From contig NC_085846.1 in NCBI RefSeq assembly GCF_035594765.1, positions 20,819,190 through 20,883,189 on the forward strand: 64,000 bases of DNA, given 5' to 3'. This document shows, in pieces, positions 1 to 11,935 of the stretch. Both the position numbers and the translations under genes were made by a program. The notes below the pieces were generated by a model, which saw only the letters and a list, made by a program, of their open reading frames with translations, was not told the DNA's origin and searched no databases. The stretch comes from Anolis carolinensis. Taxonomy: Eukaryota. The first letter of the stretch is position 1, and the number at the start of each line of letters is the position of its first letter.

Positions 1-388
1 GTCCCACCCGCCTCACAGGCACGGCTGGTGGGGACGAGAGACAGGGCCTCCTCGGTGGTGGCTCCCTGGCTGTGGAACTCCCCCCCCCCCAGTGACATTC
101 GGCAGGCCCCATCCCTTTTGGGGTTCAGAAAAAAACTGAAGACCTGGCTATGTACGCAGGCATTTGAAGAATAAGCATGTGTTGGCTTCGACGCGATCTG
201 AATTACGGCTCTTGTATAAGGTCTGGTGGATGAATGGCATAAGCACTTTGCATTGTTTTAAACTTTGTATATTGTATTTTATGACTATTTTATGACTGTT
301 TTAACTGTTTTAATCATTTTAGTTTATTGTATATCAGTGTAACGGCATCAATTGCCACTTGTAAGCCGCCCTGAGTCCCCTGGCGGGG
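1..388 (+). mobile_element. L2-clade LINE, 3' end (ORF2 C-terminus + 3' UTR), truncated inside its terminal stem-loop
   Basis: Starts VPPASQARLVGTRDRASSVVAPWLWNS, then a frameshifted C-run, then KKLKTWLCTQAFEE*. Followed by an AT-rich UTR and the L2-type tail GTAAGCCGCCCTGAGTCCCC at 361-380. Confidence 0.8.
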
Positions 389-3119
389 TCTGGTGTGGGA
401 TTCCCCTGAGAGCATAGCCTTCCTACTGGTGTACCGTGCGCCTAGTGCACCAGCAGACAGCCTATCCCAGCTGCTCGAGACTGTGTCGGAGTGGTCCTTG
501 AGGTTCCCCAGACTTATCGTCCTTGGGGATTTCAATGTCCACGCTGATACAGACTCTTGCTCAGCAGCAGCTATGGACCTAGTGTCCACCATGGAGACAC
601 TAGGACTCTCGCTCTGTAGTACTGGGCCCACGCATCAGGCAGGACACATGTTAGATTTGATCTTCAGCGCAGGAATTCAAGTGACCCAAGCCTCTATTAT
701 AGAGGTTCCATGGTCGGATCACTGTGCCCTGAGGGTCAGGCTGGAGCATGCCTACCCACCTGACAAGGGCACCAAGCCAATTTGGGCTCGCCCAAGAAGA
801 CTTATGGAACCTAGTAGGTTCCAGAATGCTCTGAAGGATCTGGAGCCTGTCAGCGACTCGATCGATGTGCAGGTGGACACATGGAACATCAGGCTATCCA
901 ATGCACTCGACGAGATCGCCCCTAGACGCGCTCTCCAACCCCGCCGAAATCGGTCTCCTTGGTTCACCGAGGAACTTCGATCAATGAAGCGGGAAAAGAG
1001 ACGGCTAGAGGGCGTGTGGCGAGAACTTCATGACAGAGCTTCGAGATCAGCTTATAGGGCATTTATGGAGTCCTATGAGCATGCTATCATCGAAGCAAAG
1101 CGAGTATATTATGCCTCTTTGATAGCATCCGCCAGTTCACGACCGGCAAAATTATTCAAAATAATTAGATCTCTAACGACGGTTCCTACTGTCCCAAAAA
1201 GTGATGATCAGGCCCCTTCAGCCGAGGCCTTCCAAAGCTATTTTGTTGACAAGATCTCACTACTACGCCGGGACCTCCCTGCCACAATTAATACAAGGAG
1301 AGAACTTGAGACTCCATGGCCACTTGCTGGGCCTACCCTCGACCGGTTCATCCCACTGGACGCAGAGGCTGTCGATAGGCTCATAGCTGCAGCTGGACCG
1401 ACCACTTGCTCCCTCGATCCATGTCCCTCCTAGTTGGTAAAATCCTGCATGGAGGGATTATGTGAGCCTCTGTTGAAGATAATAAACAGCTCCCTGGAGC
1501 AAGGAGTCTTTCCAGAGGTTTTAAAAGAGGCGGTGGTCTCTCCCCTGCTGAAGAAACCAGATTTAGATCGTTTGGTTCCCTCCAGCTATCGCCCAGTTTC
1601 GAACCTCTCGTTCCTGGGCAAGGTGATTGAGAGGGCAGTAGCGGAGCAGTTGCAACAGTTCCTAGACAACACAGCCGGATTAGATCCCTTTCAGTCCGGC
1701 TTTCGTGCGGGACACGGGACAGAGACTGTGCTGGTCTCTATCACGGATCACCTTCGATGCCAGCTTGATCAGGGCGGGTCGGTGTTGCTCGTGTTATTAA
1801 ACCTTACTGCAGCATTTGACACAGTCAATCACAATCTTTTGACCCACCGCCTTGCCGTTGTTGGAGTCAGGGGGACAGCTTTAAATTGGCTGGCCTCCTT
1901 TCTTCACAACCGTGGACAGCGAGTGGAGAAGGGAGGCCTGGTCTCTGAAAGGTCCCCTCTACTTTGTGGGGTGCCTCAAGGGGCCATTCTCTCCCCTCTG
2001 TTGTTTAACATCTATATGCGACCACTTGCTCAGTTGGTCCGAGATTTCGGGCTCGAGTGTTATCAATATGCTGACGACACTCAGCTTGTGTTAAAGATGG
2101 AAGGCCAACTGGATTCTGTACCCGACAATTTTCATCAGTGCCTTAAGGCCATTATTGGATGGTTACGTTACAGTAGGTTAAGGGTGAATCCAGCAAAGAC
2201 GGAGATCCTATGGCTGGGCCGACCGGGCAGTGGGGATATCCAGTTGCCAATCCTGGATGGTGAAGCGCTATGCCCGGCTTCACTAGTAAAGAGTCTGGGA
2301 GTCCTCTTGGACCCTTCACTGACGATGGAGGCCCAGGTTTCTGCCGTTAGCAAAACCGCCTTTTTTCATCTTCGGCAGGCTAGATGGCTAGCCCCCTATC
2401 TGTCTAGGGACAACCTGGCTACGGTGATCCAGGCTACGGTCATCTCGAGACTGGACTACTGTAATGCCCTTTACATCGGCCTTCCTGTGTCGGTGATCCG
2501 GAAGCTCAAATTGGTGCAAAATGCAGCTGCCCGGCTCCTTGCGGGAGTCCCGATGAGATGCCACATAACACCAATCTTACGGCAGCTGCACTGGTTACCA
2601 GTTGAGCACCGGATCACTTTCAAAGTGATGGTACTTACCTTTAAGGCCTTACATGGTCTAGGGCCGATGTACCTGAGGAACCGCCTCACTCCCTACAAAC
2701 CCCAGAGATCCCTCCGTTCTGAGGACCAAGACCTGTTGGAAGTCCCCAGTTTTAAGGCCTTGCGTCTAACAGCAACTAGACGCAGAGCCTTTTCAGCAGT
2801 GGCACCATCTCTCTGGAACACCTTGCCACCTGAAGTCCGTGCCTTGCGGGACTTGTCGGCTTTCCGCAGGGCATGTAAGACACACCTGTTTCGGCAGGCC
2901 TTTGAGTTCTGTTAGATGTTTTAAAAGGTGCTTTTAGGATGTTTTTAAGATATTTTTAAAGATGTTTTAAAGATGTTTTAAGATGTTTTTAAATTGTTGA
3001 TTTTAGCCGGTTCTTGTAAGCCGCCCGAGCCCTAGGGGAGCGGCTGCATATAAGTTTGAAAAATAAATAAATAAATAAATAAATAAAATAATTGAAATAA
3101 ATAAATAAATAAATAAATA
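389..3119 (+). mobile_element. 5'-truncated L2-clade LINE (~2.7 kb) with (TAAA)n tail
   Basis: APE endonuclease remnant plus RT ORF, 3' UTR with GATGTTTTAA repeats, GTAAGCCGCCCGAGCCCTAGGGGAGCGGC stem-loop, (TAAA)n at 3061-3119. Confidence 0.93.
393..2915 (+). pseudogene. L2 ORF2 (endonuclease/reverse transcriptase), interrupted by one in-frame TAG at 1431-1433
   Basis: ORFs 393-1433 and 1434-2915 are in the same frame. Motifs: LIVLGDFNVH, LDLIF, SDH (APE); YRPVSNL, GVPQGAILSPLLFNIY, QYADDTQL (RT); SRLDYCN, RRAFSAVAPSLWN (L2 C-terminus). Confidence 0.92.
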
Positions 3120-4330
3120 GCTCTATAATTCTGTCATATTTCTGTCCTTTAGAACCTGAGGATATCTAGTTGATGAGGTACCAGAGTTCCCTGGCTGAGA
3201 AGCAAAAATGCACCTTCCTAAACTGCCAGTCATAGGATTTCATATGCCAGAACCATGGTAAATAAGTTGGAATGATAATTCTGTAATGTGAAGTGGCCTT
3301 AGGTCAAACTACCAACATTGTCTAGAATCTCTTTCCACATATTCTGCTTCATGATTTCTTTAACTGGACATTCCAGGAATTGACTCTAGAAACTTTTGCA
3401 TACATATAAAGCAAATGCTGTGGCATTGAGATGAGCCTTTTCAAAGAAAATATTTTATCACTGAATATTTCATTTACAGATTTCTGTAATTTTTAAAGGT
3501 CAGATGTGATTCATAGAGAAGGGAACAGACGGAGGGAGAGATGTGTCATGCTATCAAGCAAGGTTTTTATAATATTCATCCCAATCTGGCTGTAGTCCCG
3601 ATGCAAAATACTCTCCAATAGTCATGGCAAGAGTTGTTTTATTTTAATTTTATTTAATTCTTTCATTAACATAGTCCTTTTATTCATTTTTTGGAGAAAA
3701 GCATGGCGATTATGATGACGATGACAAACACTTCCACCTTAACTTGGCAGACAAGACAATACCACACGGTGCTGAGTTCCTAAGTCTGGTTACCATTTCT
3801 GCGACAGAATTAGGTTGTACAAGGGCTGTTCTGGGAAGTTAAAATGGTGTCTAAATTTAGCTCAATCATCTTTTAAAAGTGCAGCATTAACTGCAAACAG
3901 TTAATGAGATCAACATATTTTCACAGGACAACATATGCTGAAGTTATGGGAAGCAAATCTTCAACTGAAGATTGTAAAGCATGCATTCTTCTCATTGGTA
4001 TCATAAGAAATTCTGAAATATGCGTGATCATACAATCTACATATCCATGCCTTAAAACATGATGCAATAATATCATTTCATATCACTAAAAAAGTCATAA
4101 ATTAACCAATATTATATCTGTGAGGAACAGGTTTTTTGCAAATGCATGTTAACTGATACACTTGTGCACAGATCCATTTTAGCCGTTTTCCTTTGGCTTC
4201 TTCGGCTTGTTCAGCTTTTCCAGATGGCCATAACAGCAAGGGTTTAGTTGCCATGTTTTTTTTTCACCTGCCTATATGGCTGCTGGGTTCAGCTTCTTCC
4301 CTTCCATTCCGGAACAAGCAGCGCATGTGT

Positions 4331-4540
4331 CCTTAAACCCCATTGCTCAAATCCAAACTCCCTTGAAAGGAAAAAAAGAGAAGGAGCCCAGGAAGAATGC
4401 TTCCTTAACCCCATTCCTCAAACCCAGAGTTCCTTGAAAGGAAGAAAGGAAAGGGTCCCAGGAAGGATGCTTCCTTAACCCCATTCCTCAAACCCAGGCT
4501 CCCCTGAAAGGAAGAAAGGAAAGGATGCCAGGAACGGAAA
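4331..4540. repeat. ~70-bp minisatellite, 3 copies
   Basis: Unit CCTTAACCCCATTCCTCAAACCCAG...GAAAGGAAGAAAGGAAAGG...CCAGGAAGGATGCTT starts at ~4331, 4403 and 4473. Confidence 0.8.
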
Positions 4541-5421
4541 GAGGAGCCTTGTAAGTTCCCCATTGCTGCCAATGGGTCAGATCTTCCCGGATCTTTTGGC
4601 TGCCTAACCAAAAACAGATTTTTCCATTAGCCGATTTTCGGGAAGCTCCCAAAAACAGATCTGGGTCCCCTACGAAATTCGGATACCAAAAATGGATCGC
4701 CCTCCAGCTAAATTGCATAACCTATTAACTGACACTTTATGTTCAAATCACCCCAAAATACCTTGTAGGGAGGTTGCCAATATATTTGTTGCTTGGAAAA
4801 ATAGTCTACCCATATCCTTCCTCCAACTATTCAAGATTCAATTTAGGTTGAGAGGGAATAAACAACCTCGATTTGGGTAGCATTAGATGTCACAGCTTAA
4901 CTTATGAGGTGTCCTTTTCGCTGTTTTAGTTTAATTTTCTTGGTTTAGTTATGGACTTTAGCTTGATCATTCAAAGGGGAGGGACAAAATGCTTTACACA
5001 AACAAGATCTTGGTGAACATATTGAAATTAATATGTATTCAATTAAATTCAATGATTGTCAAATTAATATTTAGGCAGACTACTTTTATCACAGGATAAC
5101 ACATAATACACTTATTATTTTCTGCACAATAAACCCCAAAAGAGAGAAAAGAAAAAATACTTTATTTTCCCAAACATTCAGATTGGAAAATATTTGATTT
5201 TCCACATTTTAATCAGTTGAGAAGGATTTTTTTTGTTTGGAGAAGCCAAAGACTGTCTTTAAACTGTCTTTGGCTTCTCCAAATTTCTTTTCAAAATTTT
5301 GTATGCAGAGATGTGATAAGCAGGTTTTGCAAAATTCCAACTATGAAGAGTTGTTGTCCTTATCTTCCCAGTCTGAAACTCAACATTACCATAGCAAGTT
5401 ACATAGTTTTAGCAAGCTGTG

Positions 5422-6360
5422 TCAGCTCATGGAAAATAATCTTTTTTTGCCCAAAGTCCTCTTCAGAGCTTCTTTGACATCTTTGTTCCTGAGGCTGTAG
5501 ATGAGGGGGTTCAACATGGGGATGACAAGAGTATAGAACACTGATACAATTTTGCTCTGAGCAGGAGATGATATAGCAGCTGGCTGAGCATAAATGAAGA
5601 AGACTGTCCCATAAAAGATTGTCACAGCAGTTATGTGAGAGGCACAAGTGGAAAAGGCCTTTTGCCTACCCTCTGCAGAGCTGATCTTGAGAATTGTGTT
5701 CATAATGTAAGCATAGGAGGTGAATATTACCACTGTTGTCACTGCAATGATGACATTGCAGAGCGAGAACATCACAACTTCATTGATATATGTATTTGTG
5801 GAGGCAGCCTTCATTACAGCAGGGACATCACAGAAAAAGTGGTTGATTTTGCTGTGGTTACAGAATCTCAAGCGGAAAGAGACACTAGTCTGTATCACAC
5901 CATTAGTACAACCACAGGCATAAGAAGTGGCTACTAGACGGTGGCAAGATTTCTTTGACATCTTCGTTGGATAGAGGAGTGGATAGCAAATGGCAATTAA
6001 GCGGTCATAGGCCATGACTGCTAAAAGAAAACCTTCTGTGGTAACAAAGATGGTGAAGAGCATCAACTGGGCCACACAGCCCTCATAGGAAATGATGTTA
6101 GACTTCTCAAAAAAGTTCACTAGAGCTTTAGGAGCAATGGCAGAGGAATAGCAGAGATCTAGGAAGGACAGGTTCTTAAGAAAGTAGTACATAGGTGTAT
6201 GAAGCCGAGAGTCAGCACTTATAAGGGCAATCATAGCCCCATTGCCAAGGACAGTGGTGAAGTATAGCACCAGAAAAGTGATAAAAAATGTTATTTGGAG
6301 CTCTGGAAGATCCCTGAAACCCACAAGGATAAATTCAGTAGCTGTGGAACAATTTTCCAT
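5422..6360 (-). CDS. Olfactory receptor (class II, OR5-like), 312 aa [OR-A]
   Basis: NCS sequon, [42 protein letters not shown]. Splice acceptor TTTTTAATTTCAG 9 nt upstream of the ATG. Confidence 0.96.
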   Translation of the reverse strand: MENCSTATEFILVGFRDLPELQITFFITFLVLYFTTVLGNGAMIALISADSRLHTPMYYFLKNLSFLDLCYSSAIAPKALVNFFEKSNIISYEGCVAQLMLFTIFVTTEGFLLAVMAYDRLIAICYPLLYPTKMSKKSCHRLVATSYACGCTNGVIQTSVSFRLRFCNHSKINHFFCDVPAVMKAASTNTYINEVVMFSLCNVIIAVTTVVIFTSYAYIMNTILKISSAEGRQKAFSTCASHITAVTIFYGTVFFIYAQPAAISSPAQSKIVSVFYTLVIPMLNPLIYSLRNKDVKEALKRTLGKKRLFSMS

Positions 6361-6871
6361 TGCAGGTACCTGAAATTAAAAATCCCAATAAAAATTAAAA
6401 ATGCAGGCAATAAACCTTGTTTGAAAGTTCACCAGAAGCACCTAGTATCTAGCCACTATTTGGAGTTAGATAAAAACACTATAAGGTAATATAACTTAGG
6501 GGTCATTGAAATCAGTGTGACAACCTGTACATAATTCCCATTATTCAAAATAAATATATTACAGGTAATTTGCTACTTCCAGTCTAATAAAATCAGAATA
6601 ATTCGAGAAGATGTATGATATGTTACTTTTTCCAGATTTTTCTTTCTCTTCTCATATACCTCATCTTTCTTTCTTGTTGCCTCTCTCTTTCCCTCTTCTA
6701 TGAGTTCTTTCTCTCCCTCTTTCTTGTCCCCCACCCACCCACACACACATATGCACACAAATGTGCACACAATGTCATTTGAATTTTTGTTTAGTTCATA
6801 CCACTTTATGAGAGAGGTGGAATAATATATAAATAAATATTTTTAATCTTGTCAGAAGCAAATTGAGAATA

Positions 6872-7105
6872 TACTGCAAGTCGCTTCTGGTGTGAGAGAA
6901 TTGGCCGTCTACAAAAATGTTGCCCAAGGGATGCCCAGGTGTGTTACCATCCTGTGGGAGGATTCTCTCATGTCCCTGCATGAGAAGCTGGGGCTGACAA
7001 ACAGGAGCTCATCCCATCTCACGGATTTGAACTGCCAACCTTCAAGTCTTCAGGTCAGCATTTCAGCCAGCACAAGGGTTTAATCTATTGCACCACCACA
7101 GCTTC
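6872..7105 (-). mobile_element. tRNA-derived SINE (Anolis SINE2-like)
   Basis: Minus-strand head GTGGTGGTGCAATAGATTAAA (A box-like) ... GTTCAAATCC (B box); 3' part ACACCAGAAGCGACTTGCAGT. Confidence 0.65.
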
Positions 7106-7219
7106 CTATAAATAAATATGAATGTACTTACATCTTATCCAAGAGCATGCAGTCTTAGGGCAGTTAAAAATAAATATATTTAATGATTAAACCACTTTGA
7201 GTCTCCTTGTGGAAGCAGG

Positions 7220-7220
<1 letters not shown>

Positions 7221-7273
<53 letters not shown>
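7221..7273. repeat. (TAA)n microsatellite
   Basis: Pure TAA run. Confidence 0.95.
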
Positions 7274-7572
7274 GTGTAGTAGTAATAATGAGTAGGAAGT
7301 AAATGAAATAGATTACATAATATTTATAACTTAAAACAAGTTCTCGCTTACATGAATATATGCTCTAGAATTATATGTGCTCCCTGAATTGTTTTAAAAG
7401 TTCAGTTCAGTGTTATTATCTTAGCCCATAGGCAGAATATCATTTAACAAAAATAAATGATACATGACAAAACAACATTGCAACATTAAGTACAAGTGAT
7501 TCTTTCCTGGAAACTTGCTGCAGACTGGCAGTAAATAACTCATGTACTGGGCCACAGGCCATCACTTTAAGT

Positions 7573-8301
7573 CAGGGGTCCCCAAACTAAGGCCCGGGGG
7601 CCGGATGCGGCCCTCCGAGGTCATTTACCTGGCCCCCGCCCTCAGTTTTATAATATAATATATTGTATATACATATAATATTGATAATAATATTATAATG
7701 TAATACAATATAACACTAATAATAATACCATATAATAATATTAATTATATATTCTATATTACATATAATATTACTAATAATATTACAGTATAGTGGTATA
7801 GTTCAATATAGTAATATATAATGCTAATATTGTGCTATGCTAATAATATAATATATTGTATGTACATATAATTTGTAAGCCACTCTGAGTCCCCTTTGGA
7901 GTGAGAAAAGTGTGATACAAATGTAGTAAATAAATTCAGTAAATAAATAAATAATAAATAAATACGTTTTAGACTTAGGCTCGCCCAAAGTCTGAAATGA
8001 CTTGAAGGCACACAACGACAACAACAACAACAATCCTAATTAACTTGACTATCTCATTGGCCAGAAGCAGGAGCACAGTTCCCATTGAAATCCTGATAAA
8101 TGTATGTTGGGTTAAAATTGTTTTTATTTTTAAATATTGTATTGTTTTTTCATTGTTCTTGTTTTTGCACTACAAATAAGACATGTGCAGTGTGCATCGG
8201 AATTTGTTTGTATTTTTTTTTTTTCCAAATGATAATCCGGCCCCTCAACAGTCTGAAGGATTGTGGACCGGCCCTCGGATTAAAAAGTTTGAGGACCCCT
8301 G
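7573..8301. mobile_element. Non-autonomous hAT transposon (OposCharlie1/hAT-HT-like TIR)
   Basis: TIRs CAGGGGTCCCCAAACT / AGTTTGAGGACCCCTG. Perfect 8-bp TSD CTTTAAGT at 7565-7572 and 8302-8309. Confidence 0.92.
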
Positions 8302-9910
8302 CTTTAAGTAATACTGGTATAGGGGAGATCAGCTTCAGGAAATATGTATCTAATCCATCTTTGTAGTTAAATCATTACTTAGTGAAAATGCTATCTTAGT
8401 AATGCTAGCCGGCAACAACAAACAATTAGAGGAGAGAGGTGTGCTTAGTGGCTTTACCTGTCTCTTTCAAAATACTCTATTGCTTTCATGTGTGATTGAG
8501 GATTCTGTCCTGTCACCAATATTGAAGAAAAATTCAACTTTACCTCTTTAATGTTCACTAACTTGTTCATTGTCTTAGGTAGCAAAATCTCTTACTTAAA
8601 TATGCCAACCAGACTTAAATATGCCAACCAAGAGCATGTAGCCCACAGTGAATGAATGGTCACTCCTGGATGTCTACGTGAAGTCCAGGGACTTATAGTC
8701 CTTATCACAAGATAAACCAGGTTAAACCAGAAAAATTCTGTTTTTTAATGTAAAGTTTCAAAATTTGTGACCGTAACAATAAAATAAAATAAAATAATTA
8801 AATCAGGTTAAACCAGTTTAGTCCCACACTAAGAAATGTTGGGGAATATTTGGCCAAAGCTCCAGAACAACACAACACTTTGAATACATTGTAGGCAGTA
8901 TGACTGGATCCAATGCAAAGTGCATATGGGTCCCAGACTGCTGCCACCATCCTTTCCCCCCTGATCAATTAATCTGCTCACTTTCTCCCTGACATGTAAA
9001 TACCTCTGCTGAAGTCAGCATAACATACCTGAAATCTCCAGAAGTTCTTCCAAAGCCATCCACCAATGGCAAGAGGGAAGGGAAGGCAATAGTCCAACTG
9101 GGCCAAATCAGTTTCTACGTGACTGGATCGTGTAGACTCCACTCCACTACAACCACCACAAGAATCATGCACAGAATATGTGGACACCACCAAGGTCTTC
9201 AGGATGAATCTGGAGCACTTCTGCTCCATAATGGCCCAGCAATGACTGCCAGGGTAGAAGCCCTCCCAAGATAGTAACCCTAGATTTACAAAGGTATATT
9301 TGTGACTAAAAATGCTTTGGAATCTGATTTCAAATTTAAACATATTTCATAGAAGCCAGATCCCCACAGCAAATAATTCTAGTACAGTTTATTACCAGGA
9401 AACACATCTGCTTTTACAATTACACAGAAAATAGTGAAACTTACCCACGAAAGCAGACAGGGCTGGAGGAGGTCAAGCTATATTAACAAACTCTGTGAAG
9501 ATTTATATCCCAGCAAGTCTTAAATACTTGAGGGAGATGTTATTCCCTATGGTATCATTAAATACACAACCTACCTACAAATCTTTCTATGATGTGTGCA
9601 TAAAGTTTGTGGTTTTCTAAACTATATTGAAAAGTATTTCATCATCAGTGATCCAAATAATATATAATCTGTATTCAGATAGATTCATACAAACTAAATT
9701 TAGTGGGTTTTTTCCAAGTTAGGTGTCAAATTATCAAAATAACAGTTTCAAGGGACAATATTTTGAGCCTAGGCTAATAGTTAGTTAGTCATGTATTTTG
9801 TATTTGTATCCTGTTTTACATACTAAAATCTCAATGCTGTGTACAATAAAACTAATTTTAAAATGTTAATGATTAAAATAGTAAAAAATAATGTAGGGTT
9901 TAAATCAATA

Positions 9911-10319
9911 CCGTGTTTCCCCGAAAATAAGACAGTGTCTTATATTAATTTTTTCTCCCAAAGATGCTCTAGGTTTTATTTTCAGGGGATGTCTTATTTT
10001 TCCATGAAGAAGAATTCACATTTATTGTTGAACAAAAAAATGAACATTTATTATATATTGTACAGTAGTTGTCATCACAAACCAGCATAACCAGACAAAC
10101 CGAATCCTATCAAGAATTTCTTGTTACTACCATTATTTCTATGTACAATACTCTATGCTAGGTACATTTACCAATCCTGCATGCTCTGTTCATTGGGCAT
10201 GCTTCGAAACAAAAACTTTGCTAGGTCTTACTTTTGGGGGAGGCCTTATATTTAGCAATTCAGCAAAACCTCTACTAGGTCTTATTTTCTGGGGCTGTCT
10301 TATTTTAGGGGAAACAGGG
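9911..10319. mobile_element. Tc1/mariner-superfamily (pogo/Tigger-like) MITE
   Basis: TIRs CCGTGTTTCCCCGAAAATAAGACA / TGTCTTATTTTAGGGGAAACAGGG, TA on both flanks. Confidence 0.85.
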
Positions 10320-11257
10320 TATTAATAATGTAAGTGTATTGAAGTGGTTACAACCATGTTAATCTATCAACTGTAAAATGTTATTATACCCCAAAAGATT
10401 AAAAAGTGAAAAGCTATGTTTTCAAATGTCAGCCTCATGGCTAATTTGGCCTCTAAGGGGAGGGCATTCCACATCTGCATTGTTACAACACAGGGTCATT
10501 TTACACAGCCAAAAATGCTGGCCAGAACCTGCATGTAAAATACCAGATGGCCCATTTGTAACTAGACATGAAAGCCCCTAGCTGCTTTAACTGTGGGCAG
10601 ACGGGTGGGTGTCCATACTCCCCAGGTGTGCTAAATCCTATTTGAAATGGCTGGGGCCCCAAATTTCACCCTTTCTTCCACCCTATCAGTGCCAGCTAAG
10701 GTGAGGATATTGTGACTTACCAGCTTCTCATTGGGAGTTCTTCCTAAAAAGCACCCCCCCCCCCTTGTCCAAAGCTCCTCTGCCAGTCATATGGCATAGA
10801 ATTAGGAAGATTGAGAAGCAGATAGGTCACATTGTCCCCCCACCACATCTGGCAACAATGGTGTGGAGAAGAGTGAGAGAAGACAACCATCTCACATTCC
10901 TAGGCCACCTTAGCCTGGGGAGCATGCTGTGGGTGTGTGTTTCTGTTGAAATACAGGAGAAAGCCTGAATTCTGGTGCAGGCTTTGGGATTTCTCCTGTG
11001 TTTTTATTTTAACCTGGACTGCAGCTACATTAAGTTGTTTTCCCTGGGTTAAAACAGATCAATGTGTGTGTGCTTTTTAGGCACCCATAGGTTAATCTGC
11101 CCCCACACTGACCTAAATAATAAGTGTAGATGGAGTCACATTAGGAATTTTCAGTAACAACAATGCAACCTGTGGTGGTTGTTTCAGAAGGAAGCCTGGT
11201 TGACACCAATAAATTCAGGTGAATTCAAATAGCACTCCAATTAAAATAAAAATTGAA

Positions 11258-11603
11258 AGTGTTGTCAAAGGCTTTCATGACCGGGATCACAGGGTTGTTG
11301 TATGTTTTCCGGGCTGTATGGCCATGTTCTAGAGGTATTCTCTCCTGACGTTTCACCTACATCTATGGCAGGCATCCACATCTATGGATGCCTGCCATAG
11401 ATGTGGGCGAAACATCAGGAGAGAATACTTCTAGAACATGGCCATACAGCCGGATGCCTGCCATAGATGTGGGCGAAACATCAGGAGAGAATACTTCTAG
11501 AACATGGCCATACAGCCGGATGCCTGCCATAGATGTGGGTGAAACGCCAGGAGAAAATACTTCTAGACCATGGCCATACAGCCCGGAAAACATACAACAA
11601 CCC
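11258..11603. mobile_element. Penelope-like element pLTR fragment: one inverted copy plus three tandem 66-bp copies
   Basis: 11294-11377 is the reverse complement of the unit GGATGCCTGCCATAGATGTGGGCGAAACATCAGGAGAGAATACTTCTAGAACATGGCCATACAGCC, repeated at 11386, 11452 and 11518. Inverted/tandem pLTRs are typical of PLEs. Confidence 0.8.
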
Positions 11604-11756
11604 AAAAATTGAAAGGTTTACAGCAAACTTCACAACTTTTCATTTCTTTCTACAGAAACTAATCTTCCTGACTGTGTCTTGTAGGTGGTCCATCTTCAGT
11701 ACACTGATGTCTTACGCCACCTTTCCTGGTTCACTGCTCATGAGGGAGGTCAGCTA

Positions 11757-11935
11757 CAGAGTCATAGAGTTGCAAGAGACCTCATGGGTCATCCAGTCCA
11801 ACCCCCAGCCATGCAGAAAAGCACAATCAAAATACCCCCAACAGGTGGCCATCAAGCCTCTGTTTAAAAGCCTTCTAAGGCAAGGTTTCCACCCCACTCC
11901 CAGGTAGTGAGCTCCACTGTTGAACAACTCTTATT
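11757..11935 (-). mobile_element. CR1 LINE 3' fragment
   Basis: TCATAGAGTTG...GGTCATCCAGTCCAACCCC is the reverse complement of the CR1 3' terminal motif. Confidence 0.7.

Noticed and set aside
5635-5937. Antisense/overlapping ORFs on OR genes (also 14766, 28199, 40545, 47265)
   Set aside because: Shadow ORFs of real coding sequence.
11363-11612. Repetitive ORFs and 66-bp repeats suggesting a CRISPR array or repeat protein
   Set aside because: Head-to-tail units with no unique spacers; Penelope-derived; vertebrate DNA.
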